Under the pieces are notes generated by a model, which ran no database searches, was not told the origin of the DNA, and saw nothing but the letters and a program-made list of their open reading frames with translations. DNA of 63,035 bases, filler included, from Rhabdomonas costata (lineage: Eukaryota): NCBI GenBank assembly GCA_019059605.1. It is 46 parts of 46 records of this genome, joined end to end, with 100 filler letters (N's around TTAATTAATTAA, not from the genome) between each part and the next. Parts side by side here need not be neighbours in the genome. Positions count along the whole stretch, not along the records: positions 37,075 to 38,346 come from JAHMHO010021126.1; positions 38,447 to 39,715 come from JAHMHO010021127.1; positions 39,816 to 41,087 come from JAHMHO010021128.1; positions 41,188 to 42,458 come from JAHMHO010021129.1; positions 42,559 to 43,830 come from JAHMHO010021130.1; positions 43,931 to 45,202 come from JAHMHO010021131.1; positions 45,303 to 46,574 come from JAHMHO010021132.1; positions 46,675 to 47,946 come from JAHMHO010021133.1; 38 more parts are not named here. One strand, given 5' to 3'. Shown one piece after another: positions 38,035 to 50,935 of this stretch. Within the stretch, counting starts at the first letter, position 1, and every line of letters begins with the position of its first letter. Both the position numbers and the translations under genes were made by a program.

Positions 38035-38551
38035 CTAAAGGACAACGAAGAGAAGATAACGATAACCACCGAATCTCAAGCAAAGAGTGAACCTAGAGCC
38101 GGGGAGAGCCTCCTGTTGTGCCAACATTGACGTCCAGAAAGCAGTGCAGTCGTCAATCCGGAAAAATAATCGCAGCGTGAAGAGAAGGACAGAGGATGTC
38201 AGCGGCAATTTTCACAAAAGAAATGGCGTCCGTTGCACTACGAAGCCGGAAGCAAGACAAATAGGTGAGCGGGTGGACACAAAAAAAACACAAAAAAAAC
38301 GCAAAGCGTCAGCGCCTCCGGAAGATTTTCTGGAAAAAACAACCACNNNNNNNNNNNNNNNNNNNNNNNNNNNNNNNNNNNNNNNNNNNNTTAATTAATT
38401 AANNNNNNNNNNNNNNNNNNNNNNNNNNNNNNNNNNNNNNNNNNNNTTGTGGGGGGATTTTTTTGACTTGGGCCACACTCATTGTTTGCATTTTTTTATG
38501 AAGGACTCTCGGGGAAGTCTTCTTTGACAAGCGTTTTTTTTTTACGCAAAG

Positions 38552-39715
38552 GACCTGAATTGGGTTTTGGTGGTGGCCACGAACTCGGACTCGTGGACAG
38601 AGAAGGTGTTCTCTGGGTCCCGCGTCACCGCGGGGATTGTCGCTGCCTGCATTGTGGGGTGTGTGTGCGGTGTGTGTGTGCGTGTGCGTGTACGCACGCG
38701 CGCGTCTGAATGCCTGCGTATTCTTTTTGCGCGTGCTTTTTTTTTGGTTTTTGGTGGAGTTAGGAATGCGTGTATTGACCTAACCTTGGGCCTGAGGAGT
38801 AGAGGTCAGCCCTTTGGCTCTTCCATTCAGAGGCTCAGGGCTGGCCTTTTCTATTCCTTAATGCCGGCGACAATACGGATTTCACCGATAATGCTTTCCA
38901 CTGGTAGGCATGTTAATATCGATCAACCCTGCTCCCCCATAGCATCCGGTCTAATTAGCTCCAAAAAGTTGACACCACACACTGCCGGGGTAATCACAAG
39001 TTAGGTGCTGTCCTGCAAAACGGTATGCCGGTATCGGAATTGATGAAATTTTGGTTCTGTCTGCCTAACAGAAAATTTAGTGCTACTTACCTTTTGGGGG
39101 TGGGGGTGGGGGCATCAACCATCATGCACCGCTAATGATGACGGATGCTTCTCCCGAAGCCTCTACTCACCTTCTTTGGCCGTAACCAGCCACCGCCTTG
39201 TTGGAAACAGAGGCGCAGACTTCATCAGACGGACGAGCCATCGCAAAGTTCCATGTTCCGCATGGTTCTGCCCTCGAGTTCTGAATACGTAGTGATCACT
39301 GTCGCGACCACAATAGAGTTTCCGGCTTCCGGAATTCCAGCATCTGAGGGCTTTACAAGATGAAACCTTGTGACCACCATGTGCTCTGAGCTGAAAAAAC
39401 ACCTGCTCCTTTCGGTTGTGCAAAACCACATAATGGAAAGCCGCCGTACAGTGAATTCCTTGCAGCGCTGCATCCGTAGCAATGCATTCGAAGGGCATCC
39501 GCCGTTGAATCCTCTCCATTCGCTTTACGCCCACAGTACCTGCCTCCTGACCGTAGCCCTGGTGAGGTTGCTGACCTCTCCCTTGAGCCAGCTGGTGGAG
39601 GACATGTGGCTTCTGAGTCGGATGAAAGTCACGCAGCCCATGGCCTTCCCGCACTCCTGTCTCAGCGAGGTCAACACCCTGACCAGCTCCTTTGAAAAGC
39701 TGTGTGCCAGCCTGC
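38552..39715 (+). CDS. Membrane receptor fragment: Cache-like end, TM helix, HAMP-like linker (typical of receptor adenylate cyclases); exons 38552-38658, 39537-39715
   Basis: DLNWVLVVAT...AGIVAACIVG|TCLLTVALVRLLTSPLSQLVEDMWLLSRM...SCLSEVNTLTSSFEKLCASL, with the HAMP pattern PL..L...M...E...L...F..L. Confidence 0.7.
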
Positions 39716-41187
39716 NNNNNNNNNNNNNNNNNNNNNNNNNNNNNNNNNNNNNNNNNNNNTTAATTAATTAANNNNNNNNNNNNNNNNNNNNNNNNNNNNN
39801 NNNNNNNNNNNNNNNGGGTTGGGGTGCTCGATCACATGCACACACGCACACAGACACATATTGGCCTCTTCTTTTCTGCGAAGTCGGAAGGTTGGGAGAG
39901 GGAAGGGGGAGCTGAGGGAGAGGATATCCGGGCAAAAGGTCACACTTAAACCCTCCAGGACGCTCCTTTATTTGGTACCGCAGTACAGCTGCTCCTCCGT
40001 GCCGCGCTACACATAGAAAAGCGAAAGAAAAATGAACGACGTCCTCGAGCGAGAGAGCCTGTGGGGGTGGGAAGCACCAATGGACCCTAAAGCGCTGTAA
40101 TATTTTTATCATTGCAATTGAATAGCCCGGCCCATCGTAAGCTGGGCGACTCCTCGAAAAGTCGGCACACTGCGTAGGCAAACACAGCCCAAATCCCCGT
40201 GCGGAAACTGTTGTCCGTGGGGAAGAGGGGGCGTTGGGTGGTGGTGGTGGTGGTGGTGGTGGTGTGCTCATGACGATTTACAGTGGTAATTATGACTAAC
40301 AGAAGGAAAAGAGGGGAATCATGGAAAATGGCCGGGAGTCTCCTGCCATTGGACCCCCCCCCCCTCACCCGATGCAGGTTTCGCCTTGTTGTGCACTGTT
40401 GTGCCCTGTTGTGGACTGCGAAATAGCGTCGTTTCGAGCTCTGTGAACTGTCAGTGAACTGTGGTTCTCGGGGGTTGCGCTAAGAAAATAATGATAAAGA
40501 GCCCCGAGCCACTGTTTAGTTAGGTGACACAGCAAGGGTAGGACACAGCAAGCCAAAAGGACACACTCTGCGCCCTTCCCAGTGCATATTTAAGGCTATT
40601 TGCACCCCCAAATTTGGTCGCTTTACCATTTTGCGCATTCGTCTGTTCATCGCTGGTAACGGGGAATTCAGGCAGTTCATGCTCTGCATGACATTAATTC
40701 CTTCCGTCCCTGCTAATTTCAATACACGCCAACGGCAGTTTTTGAACACGAATCAACTATGGCCAAAGGCCCAAAATGAGAAAAGAACTATGAAGAATGA
40801 TCGCAGAGTTTTGTCACACGTTGCGGGCAGAAACGAAACGTTCAAAAGAAAAACGGAGACAACATGAAAGAACTCGAGACAGAACTCGATGTTAACAAAA
40901 GAAGCAGTGTGATGAGTGATGGGCATACGATGCAGACCAAAAATGAAGTGAGTGGAAGAGAGAGCACCCTACCCCGGTAAACCCAAGGAATTCCAGCCAT
41001 CAGCGCTGGTAGGACACGGTCTTCCACCTGGCTCCGCACTCATGGCAGAGAAAGTAGGAATAGCCCTGAAAGAAGCAACCCCCCACCNNNNNNNNNNNNN
41101 NNNNNNNNNNNNNNNNNNNNNNNNNNNNNNNTTAATTAATTAANNNNNNNNNNNNNNNNNNNNNNNNNNNNNNNNNNNNNNNNNNNN

Positions 41188-42018
41188 AGGGGATCTGCGG
41201 GATCACCGCTGGGCTGCTGGCGCAGACCGTGTCGTACCCCATCGACCTGGCCCGTCGGAGGATCCAGATCGACGGCTTCGCATACAACCGCGACTACGGC
41301 AACTTCGTGCAGACGCTCATCAAGATCTACAAGTCGCCATTCCTACCTTTTTCACGCCCCCTCGCATGCTTTTGCTTTTTACTTTTTTTCCTGGTCTACG
41401 TTTTTCAGTCACTAGAGAGTCTATCATTGTTAGAGCGTTCAAGGAATCGTGTGGATTCTACGGAAAAGGAGAGCTGTGCTAGAATGAGCACTGTCTTGTT
41501 GCTGCCTTGTTTCTTTGGGTGCGGCACTACCAGCATAGCCATGCTGACAGCGACAGCGTCATCACAACTTAATCACCATTTTTGGCTATATTTAGCCTTT
41601 CTTCTGCACGCAGCCTTCTCTTCCCACAAACTCTACATTATATACAAATGCCATCGTAGATGAAGAAAAGCGCGAGGAGGAGGAGGAGGAGGAGGAGGGT
41701 GTATATTTGGGAATACTTTGAACACGAAAATTGAGCGGTCCGGTCTGGGCATCAAACGGGGAAAAACGAAGAAACGTTGTTGGCGAACCGATTGAACGAT
41801 GGCGGTGTTGGTGTTTGAGCTTTGCTTGTGTTGTTTTTTCCAGGACTGAGGGCATCACGGGAATGTTTGCCGGGATGTCGATCAACTACATCCGAGTGGT
41901 GCCGAGCATCACCATCTCCTACTTGGTAGGAGAGTTCATCAAGGAGTCCTCTGTGTTTGATTGGCTGCACGGGGAGAAGGCCATCGACGACGACCGCTCG
42001 AATGTCTACACGAAGTAA
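41188..42018 (+). CDS. Mitochondrial carrier (SLC25) C-terminus; exons -41332, 41844-42018
   Basis: AGLLAQTVSYPIDLARRRIQ...IYK|TEGITGMFAGMSINYIRVVPSITISY...TAA, with the PxDxxRxR signature. Confidence 0.93.
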
Positions 42019-42104
42019 GCGGCTCCCTGTGCAAGGGGGGCACTGTGCCAGTGGCCGTTTCCCGATTTTATTGTAAAGGGCAGGGTAGTTTGCTTGTTGA
42101 ACTC

Positions 42105-42458
42105 GGGTTGGTCTTGTGTTGCGTTATGTTGTATGCGGGTGTCACCGACGCGGAAGCAATAGCGGTTTGGGCAGCTGCCAAGTGCACTGGTGAAATATTT
42201 CTTGACTGATGAGCACAGAGCTCTGCGACTTTTTGCTTCAGACTGGACGCATATCTCGGAAAAGAGCACGCTGTAAAAAGAACACTTTGTCTCGCACCAG
42301 CACCAACAGCAACACACGGGAGGTGGGGGGAAGGTGGAGAACTCGAGTCGAATGTAGAAGGGACCTACACATAGTCGCTCGGGGCACACAACGGATGCCC
42401 CCCCCCCTTCCGCGTCGGTGACACCCGCATACAACATAACGCAACACAAGACCAACCC
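42105..42458. repeat. 52-bp inverted repeat, second copy at the contig end
   Basis: 42105-42156 is the reverse complement of 42407-42458. Confidence 0.95.
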
Positions 42459-43725
42459 NNNNNNNNNNNNNNNNNNNNNNNNNNNNNNNNNNNNNNNNNN
42501 NNTTAATTAATTAANNNNNNNNNNNNNNNNNNNNNNNNNNNNNNNNNNNNNNNNNNNNGCCCCGGCTTGAGGCTGAGCGCACGGGGACCAATTGGGAGGG
42601 ATGTCCGGGTGAACACTTGCGAAGTTCTTCTGCGGGGACAATGCGTTGTTGAACTTCCTCTTTTGATTTCTTGTGTGTGGGTGGAAACTCGAATACAATC
42701 ACACATTTCAGAATGGGCTGTGCTTTTCAGCCTGGTTTTTAGTGAGCCAGGCTTGTTTTCCCGTATTGGAAATCTGTTTCGTGCGGAGCGGTAGGCAGGA
42801 CCTGTAACTCTGAAGATTCGTTGACAGTGTTTCCATGGCGACGGGACCACGGCTTATCTACTGGTATTTATTCTACTCTATTCTATTCTATTTATTTTTT
42901 ATCCGCTGGCGTCCCAAAGTCCATATTGGTGCACGGCAGTCAAACCGCACAGACACACACAGAAAGTTGCGGAGGTTGAAGGACAATCCCAACGCTAAAA
43001 CGCACACCCCAACCAACGCTTCACAAAAAACGGCGGAGCTAGGCGCTGCGCATGGAGGGAGGGAGAGCGGGACCACCAAGGAGGCCCGAAAAGAAAAGGA
43101 GAACCCTCAGACGCGCGAAGAGGGGGAAGGGCGCCGGTGGAGGGGAGACCGAGTCTGCGAGTAGGCCAGCAGCTCGGACCGCACCATGGGCAAGCCACCC
43201 TCACATCCGAAAACAAAAACGTAAGCCAAGAAGAAGTCTTACAGTGGGGAAACGAGTCAGACTGTGCTGCTAAAAAGAAGGCTGGGAAGCCACACGGACA
43301 TTCATACCAGCGCCCATACGACGTCAAAGGTGGAGTGTGGGGGGGAGACCAGACAGTAAGTGCCGGCAAAACCGGCGGCACGTCACCAAAGAAGGCACAG
43401 GGACGGAGAAGATTTATTTACAGCTGCCCCCGTCCGCCACGAGCAGAAGGGGAGAAAACCACACACACACACACACACACCCGGCACAAAAAACGGAAGC
43501 AGCGACTGCCGTCAAGAACTGCACCCAACGCGGAACTGTGTAAACAGAACGAAGGATCGCACAAAGTAGCATACAACCCGACGCAGAAAAGAAGAAGCGC
43601 TGCATACGCATATGGAGGCGCCAGCCAGTGGTACCAGAAGAAGCAGAGGTGGTTCCCACGCCGCGGTGCACCGAACGGCGGAAAGCACGTGCCTTTGAGC
43701 AGCGAATCAGTTAACTCAAGCACCG

Positions 43726-43810
43726 AGAGAAATGCATCAACCAGAGAAATGCATCAACCAGAGAAATGCATCAACTAGAGAAATGTATCCACTAGAGAAA
43801 GGCATCAACT
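43726..43810. repeat. 17-bp minisatellite, 5 copies
   Basis: AGAGAAATGCATCAACY repeated five times, with later copies diverging. Confidence 0.95.
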
Positions 43811-46800
43811 GTACGGGCATACACAAACACNNNNNNNNNNNNNNNNNNNNNNNNNNNNNNNNNNNNNNNNNNNNTTAATTAATTAANNNNNNNNNNNNNN
43901 NNNNNNNNNNNNNNNNNNNNNNNNNNNNNNGTTGGGGGTAGCGTTCGGGACACGAGGTCCGTTTCGGGTATTCAAATATGGGAAAATGCTCCAGGGTAAC
44001 ACTCTGGCGCTTCCTTTTTTTTATTAATCTCGCGGTCCCCAGAAAATTCGGGGCGATGTGTTGTTTTCCCTAATCTCATCGGACAATGGAAGCTTGCTTT
44101 ACTCTTGGGAGGGATTAGGCCTGAAGGGTGGGGTAGTTAAATGGTAGGACGTGTTAGAAAAGCTCGCGTGAAGACATAAACAACTCCAACTCCAATTGTG
44201 TTTGACCTTTTTGGACCTTTCCAAGAAATCTCGAGGGTCCAGAGCCCATCCTTTTTTCACCATTGCAAGAGTCCGGAAGTACGTCGTGCTTGGAGCAGAG
44301 TGCGCCGGAATGCGTCGGTTTAAAGCTGCACACGAGACTGGTGGCAACCCCAAAGATTTTTCGGGAAATTTTGCAGTACGGTTGTGTAGTTTTGTCTTTT
44401 TGTGGTCTTTCCTCGAGCGCTGGGCACCGTGACATGCTTTCCAGCGAGAAAGTACTGTAGGCTGGCACACCGTCCACCCAGCCCCATACCAATGTGTCAG
44501 CAACTCCTTACGGGCGTTCTGAATCTTAATTAAGAACCAGAGAGAGGGAAAAACATGAACCATAAAAATAAGGTCTAAATCTAGCTCCAGCTCCAACCCA
44601 GCGCCGAAAAAACTCCCTGCAAAGAAACGCCAACTGTAGTCGGTGATAGTTCCACACTGCGCTTCGTGCTGAAAAGCAAGAAGAAAAAGTCAGGTGCAGA
44701 TGCAGCCAGAGAGGATCGGGAGAAAAAGTCGGAAAAGAGCGCAGGCAACCGGACTACAACATTATGTTGTGTGTACATCCCCCCTACAGCGGATGCATGC
44801 CCGTGCGGGTCCTTACGAGAGTGTTCCAGTTTGTGTCCTTTAAAAGACTGTCGGCTAATGTCAACTCTTATACGTGCTTTCTCGGAGAGGACGTCCCAGT
44901 CCGAGAGAAAGAAATCCGCAAGCCCGCACGCCAGCACGCAAACCCCCCCAAAAAACCCATCGAAAACCCAAAGGAGACCTTGGTGGCTTCTGAAGAGTGG
45001 ATCTTCAGAGACTTTCGTCAACGAAAATGCTCTCTTTCTTTGCATCGAAACAAACGTCACCCCCTTGAAAAAACCAAAAACACAACGGAACACGGCTATG
45101 CTCCGGCCAGCTGAGCCAGCAGAGACAAAGGTAAGCGATGAAAGCACACAAGCGAAGAATGCGGCCATTCAGCTCTTAGTGGATGCTTATTCGTCCCACA
45201 AANNNNNNNNNNNNNNNNNNNNNNNNNNNNNNNNNNNNNNNNNNNNTTAATTAATTAANNNNNNNNNNNNNNNNNNNNNNNNNNNNNNNNNNNNNNNNNN
45301 NNGTGTTTTTGTTGAAATGTTGTTCGGTTGGTGGGAATAGGTATCTTCGCAAACCGCGCACTGAAAAGGCGGCCACATAGTGACATGGGTTTTGTTTCAC
45401 GGCGCGCGCCTTTCTGGGATGCCTCAGGATTTTTTCAGGCTTTTTCGGAAATTAAAACAACCTTATGAGGGCGTCAGTCTTTACCGAATTATATTTTCTA
45501 GGCTGTCAGTCTTTGTGTAACTTTTGAAATGACGCACGCCATATAAATATTCCCCCTTCATTGTCGAACCGTTACCCAGGGGAAACCATACCAAAAAAAA
45601 AAGAGTCAATAGTTGACAATCAATTGCTTTCTAATGTATCATGAAGGTGACAGTCAAGACAGGCTCGGCAGGAAACGATGAACACCGTCAAGTGAAATTT
45701 AACGCAGCCCCGAAGCTGCTCCTGCAGAGACAATCATCTCACCCATGGCGGGAGACAGCGCAGAGCAGCTCCCCGCTCAAGGTCTTCTAATACATGAAAA
45801 AAACAGCTGGTGGGGAACCAGCAATGCAGGAAAGCTCCAAGAGAGTATTCACAGCGCATCAATTGAGAGGAAAATGTCGATGGCTTGGGTATACTCCCGC
45901 TGGTCCCCTTCCTCCCTGCGGCTAGCTGCAGCGGCCCGGAAGTCCCACCCGCACTCCCCCGCGCGCAGCGTCTTCGGGCCATGCCGAACAGAGTAGGCCT
46001 CGCCTCGAAGCTGGCCTTCGGGGGTGAAGTTTAGCCAGAGCTGCCAAGGGTAGCGCTGACCAGACGGACTTAGGCCGGCCGCGGTCCACTCCATGGGAAG
46101 ACGCCGAGCTACGCCCGCGTCCGAGCCACACGGAGACGAGTGGCTGCTGAGGGAAGGCATTGGTGAAGGCATGCATGAATCCAACAAAAACCAATGAATC
46201 CAGAAAAAAATGCGTAATCATGGAGCTTGCAGTTTCCACTGCGGTGCTCCCTGGATTATATTTCCCCTGCACTTCTTCTTTGTCTGCTTGCTGCACGCAG
46301 AACGCAATTGATATGCCCGTGGTACTGCAATGACATTTCAACTGCAGAAACGCTTAACCATCAATCGTGCGCATTTTAACCACTACACGCAACTCCCGAA
46401 CGACCTTGGGCATCAAAACAACCAATCGAGTTCATTGACAAAGCTTCACACTACTGTGAAGTTCCTGAGCCCCATCGAGTAATTTCAGTCAGGGGGTCCG
46501 TCCACATCGCAAGTCGCCACCGAGTTTCTTGCCGAGCATCATACCAAAGAAAAATGCTCACGCACACATAAACANNNNNNNNNNNNNNNNNNNNNNNNNN
46601 NNNNNNNNNNNNNNNNNNTTAATTAATTAANNNNNNNNNNNNNNNNNNNNNNNNNNNNNNNNNNNNNNNNNNNNGTGGGGTGGGAATTGAAATTGTTGCA
46701 AATAATTTCCATTCCTTCCATGCAAATGAACTTTCCTTTACACCATCTTTTTGAATTCAGGAGGAAAACCCTCCATCACGTTGTGTGCTCTTTTGTTCCC

Positions 46801-48077
46801 GCTAACGCCTTTGCTCTGTAAATTGGGTAACGGCGAACTGACTGGCTCTCTGATCAATTGATTATTTTGTAAAGATGTCGGGCCTTGAGCCCAGTACAGT
46901 TTTCGGGGAAACAATGCCACCCACATGGTTTTGAGGCATCTCAAATCACGCCCTAAGCGTGTAAGGAACAGCGCTTCCGAGAAGCTGGGTGCCCTTTGAA
47001 AAAAAGGAAGGCATTACCACCGAACGGAAAGCATACACTCCCGACTTCTGGAAGGAAGTTCTTCATTTTAAAGGTTCTTGCCGACGTATCCGCCCGGTTA
47101 GGACAATTTTGACTCTGGAAGGGTTTTCAGAAGGGTTGTCCTTGTTCCCGTAGGATGCCCAAACCGTCCTGGAGGCACCCGCGGCGGAAGGTCGAGGTGC
47201 GCTCTGGGTCCGCCTGCGCTTTAAAACCTAGGATGTGGACCTTCCGCTTTAAGTGCTGATTATGCCAAGAATTGCACACATCCCAAGAGGGAAGGGATTT
47301 ATGGCATGCCTCCAAAGGAGGGGGTGGTGAGGAGTTACATAACAATCTTGCTCCGCGGCGATTCAAGAAACATTATAGATCGGTTATTTGGGGTGCAGTG
47401 AGGGTGGTCAGGTGCAGGCAGGGCTTGGTGGTACCTCATACGGTACTTCATGAGCAGAAGGCACCTACCACCAAAAAAAGAAGAGAAGCCTACACACAAA
47501 AGGGCTCAACAGCGCAGTGCGCGCACTGTTCCCCCCGCGAGAGAATGCGGGTGCAAGATGTTTAGCCTCGTCCAGAGGACAGAGGCTACGCAATTTGTCC
47601 AATCCATGACGAGAAGAATCGCTCGGAACACAACGTCGAACAGCAAACGGCACCAGAAGCATCAAATGGTGCTAGGACTCACCCCAGATGCTCCTGCAAA
47701 TGGAGTCCTTCCAGCCTCTCTGAGGGTCAGACGTTGGAGCACGGGTCCAGCCGCGGGTCCGTTCAACGGATCTCTTTCACGACGCCCGCTGCAATAGTGA
47801 CGCCCTGCTCCCTCAGGGTGAACCGGCCCTGCCAAAAGGCAAGAAACTCATGGACACAAAAAAAAAGAAATCCGACACAAGCACACGTCCTGTTCATATG
47901 CGTGTATGCATCGAATTCAGGCCGAGTTGCCAACTCCACCAAAACCNNNNNNNNNNNNNNNNNNNNNNNNNNNNNNNNNNNNNNNNNNNNTTAATTAATT
48001 AANNNNNNNNNNNNNNNNNNNNNNNNNNNNNNNNNNNNNNNNNNNNTGTGTTGGGTGTGGGTGGGGTTTGTTTTCAG

Positions 48078-48192
48078 GACTGGTGTTGTGAAGCGGATGG
48101 TGGCGGAGAGGCAGTCCGTAGTGAAGGACCGGGAGTATCACAGGTTGAAGATCCAGGTCGACCACAACGGACCGATGTTTCACGGGCACATG
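48078..48192 (+). CDS. Probable exon, unknown protein
   Basis: TTTTCAG|...ATG|GTGTAA bounds TGVVKRMVAERQSVVKDREYHRLKIQVDHNGPMFHGHM. Confidence 0.4.
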
Positions 48193-49732
48193 GTGTAAGG
48201 CCTGGTGCTCGTTCAGGGAAGCTGCAGATGTGTCGTTTTACAGCGAAACTACCACTCTACGTAGCACCACTGGTTGCCCTCCTCGCCTCTCCCACTGGGA
48301 GGAGCGGGGACTACTCACCCGTCTGCTGTACTTTTTTGTTTCCTTGCCTCAACAGACGACTGGAATAGCGTTGGGCCGCGGTGCTCGTGGTCTTTTTCAA
48401 TGAACTTCGTGTGAGGAAGGTTGCTGCGTTCTTTCATCGCGCAAAGAGGACAGATTTGAAAATACTTCATTTTGTTTTTAGCAGTCTTGTGCGAGAAGGC
48501 GGAAGAAGGACTGGGGTCTTTCGCGTATCCAGCAGTCTGAAAACACGTCTATCGCCAACCTGCTCATCGAAAACAGAGGCTTTTTTCTATGCGGATAAAG
48601 AGGCAAGGTGAGCAGCATTGCATTGCCTGTGGTGGCAAGGCGCACCAATTTTGATGCTGCTGTCCACCGAACAATAGCTCTGCTTCTTGTTTTGGTTGTT
48701 GCAAACGCTGCATAATCGATTGGTTCGGTTTTGAACAGTTGAAGCACTTGAGGCTTATTCCAAAATGCAAATGGTGAAGAAGGCGGCACCATGCGGTGTT
48801 TTTGTACTCCATTTCTTGTGGTCCACCACAGTTTTCTTCCACGTTATAAGTGTTTGTGAGGCTTGCTTTGGAGGTAGTTGGTATTGTTTGCTCGATCGTC
48901 GTGTGGTTGTGTGGTAGGGTCGTGGAAATGGCGGGCACCTCATCTGCCCCTCGTGCTTCACAGTCCCCGGAATTGGCTGAAGCCTGGCAGTGCATGCAAC
49001 AGGTTCCATGTGCACCCTCCCTGGTCGATTATCGTGATAACTCGAGTTGTGAGATTACCACAGTCTGATTTTGGAAGGATGCAACATTGTGTTTTTTCGA
49101 CATGCTTGTCCTGTGTTAGATGGGTTCTTCCTCCGCTTCTCCGGTGGACAAGCTGACGGCCACGTACAAGCTCCTGCTTCTTTGTCAAACACAGTCCCCT
49201 GGGTGTGCGAGTTGGCAGTTTCTGGCTTAGTCACATTTTTCTTTCTTGGGCTTGGCGGATTTTTCTTCAGGACGTCTTTGTTACGATTCTATCCGATCCC
49301 AAAGACCTCCACTCTTATNNNNNNNNNNNNNNNNNNNNNNNNNNNNNNNNNNNNNNNNNNNNTTAATTAATTAANNNNNNNNNNNNNNNNNNNNNNNNNN
49401 NNNNNNNNNNNNNNNNNNTTGTGTGTGTACGCATGTTGGTGTCGTTTACCTAGGTCGTAGCTATGAAGCGGGTAGTGCCTGTCCAAGATTAAATGCAGCT
49501 GCTCGTGGCGGCTCTACGATTATGCGAATGCTGCCGAGAAGCCCATGGCGTCTGGCAAGCCAAAAAACCCATCGGGTAAGCTGGGTAAGCCTGCGGTCAA
49601 CATCACTCCACGAATTGGGTCTTGGTGGGTCATACTTCATTTTTCCCAGAGGTGCCCTAGTTGCTGAGGGTACTGTGCGCATCTTCTTTGCTTTTCCGTT
49701 CACACATGGTACGAATGTCACCTGCCACGCAG

Positions 49733-50614
49733 CGACTTGGGTGCTGTGTGCACCGGGGACTCCGCGGATTGCCCGGACTCCGTGCCCGCATCCAATGGCA
49801 CGGTTTGCCGCAAGGGGGCGGACCTGTGCGACGCGGATGAGGTCTGCGACGGGAGTGCTCTGCAGTGCCCCATGGACCTCAACTTTCCCGCCGGTACTGT
49901 CTGCCGCCCGTCCGCGGTATGTATGTGTGTGCAAGTGCCTGTTTGGAGGAGTGGTCATTTGCTGGTGGACCTCCCTGCTCACTTCCCTTTCGCCGCATGA
50001 AAGCACGTTGAGGTGTTTCCCTTCTGCTGATTTTCGTCTTCCATAAGAGGGAGTCTCTCTTGCCTCCGTCCACAAGTTTCCAGTTGTCTTCTGAGTAATG
50101 GGCAGGTGCCTTGGTTTCTTGGGGCAGTTGCATGGGGCATTACTCGGGCCCTGTGTCGGTGCGCTCACGGTGTCGTCTTTTCTGCTGTCGGGGCTTTTCC
50201 ACCGTTTCCCACCTTTTCCCACCCCCCGTCACACCTCACCGCAGGGTGTATGCGACCAAGTGGAGTATTGCGATGGATCTTCTGAGTGCCCCCCTGATGT
50301 GAAGGACTCCACCTCGCTGTGCCGTCCCAGCGCAGGCGCATGGTGTGCCGGGTGCTCGCGAACCATCATCGATGGTGCTTGGCTGGATTTAATCCGGCTT
50401 TAGCTTGCTTTGTGTGGATCCATTGGGAAGGACTTCGTGCTTGGGTCGGTTTGTTGGGAAGACGTTTTCGGGATGAATAGGAGTGGACTTCTCCCTCCCA
50501 CCCACCCACACACACACACAAACCTACACTCACACTAACAGCGATACGGCGGAGTACTGCAGTGGTAGCTTCGACTACTGCCCTGACGATCTCAAGCAGC
50601 CCAGCCAGACCGCT
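49733..50614 (+). CDS. Tandem disintegrin-like repeat protein; exons 49733-49916, 50245-50342, 50542-50614
   Basis: Four repeats of CR....CD..E.C.G.S..CP.D, for example GTVCRKGADLCDADEVCDGSALQCPMD and CRPSA|GVCDQVEYCDGSSECPPD. Confidence 0.85.
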
Positions 50615-50684
50615 GTTAGTGTGAGTGTAGGTTTGTGTGTGTGTGTGGGTGGGTGGGTGGGAGAAGTCCACTCCTATTCATCCC
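50470..50684. repeat. 74-bp inverted repeat (1 mismatch) bracketing an exon
   Basis: 50470-50543 pairs with 50611-50684. Confidence 0.92.
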
Positions 50685-50935
50685 CAAACCNNNNNNNNNN
50701 NNNNNNNNNNNNNNNNNNNNNNNNNNNNNNNNNNTTAATTAATTAANNNNNNNNNNNNNNNNNNNNNNNNNNNNNNNNNNNNNNNNNNNNTGTTGTTTGT
50801 GATCTGTTGTTCCCTTTTTATTTTTGTCTACTCCTCCCTTCCTCCTCGTCCTCCTCCTCTTCCCCCCTTCCCATATTCCAATATCCTGCAGAGCCGTCCT
50901 TTTCCTCTGTAGAAACACTACCTTTTTGTGTATAC

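Noticed and set aside
42105-42458. 52-bp inverted repeats as MITE termini
   Set aside because: The second arm ends exactly at the contig end and no target-site duplication is visible; a chimera is more likely.
43726-43810. 17-bp repeats as a mini-CRISPR
   Set aside because: Head-to-tail copies with no spacers, in eukaryotic DNA.
42835-45250. Long ORFs in the supplied track (for example 43137-43778, 44581-45168, 44666-45250)
   Set aside because: No recognisable motifs and they run through microsatellite or intron-like sequence. Most track ORFs are spurious or read through introns.
47127-47366. STFRRG as a tyrosine-recombinase HxxR motif (DIRS-like)
   Set aside because: The His is absent and no other recombinase motifs or long ORF support it.
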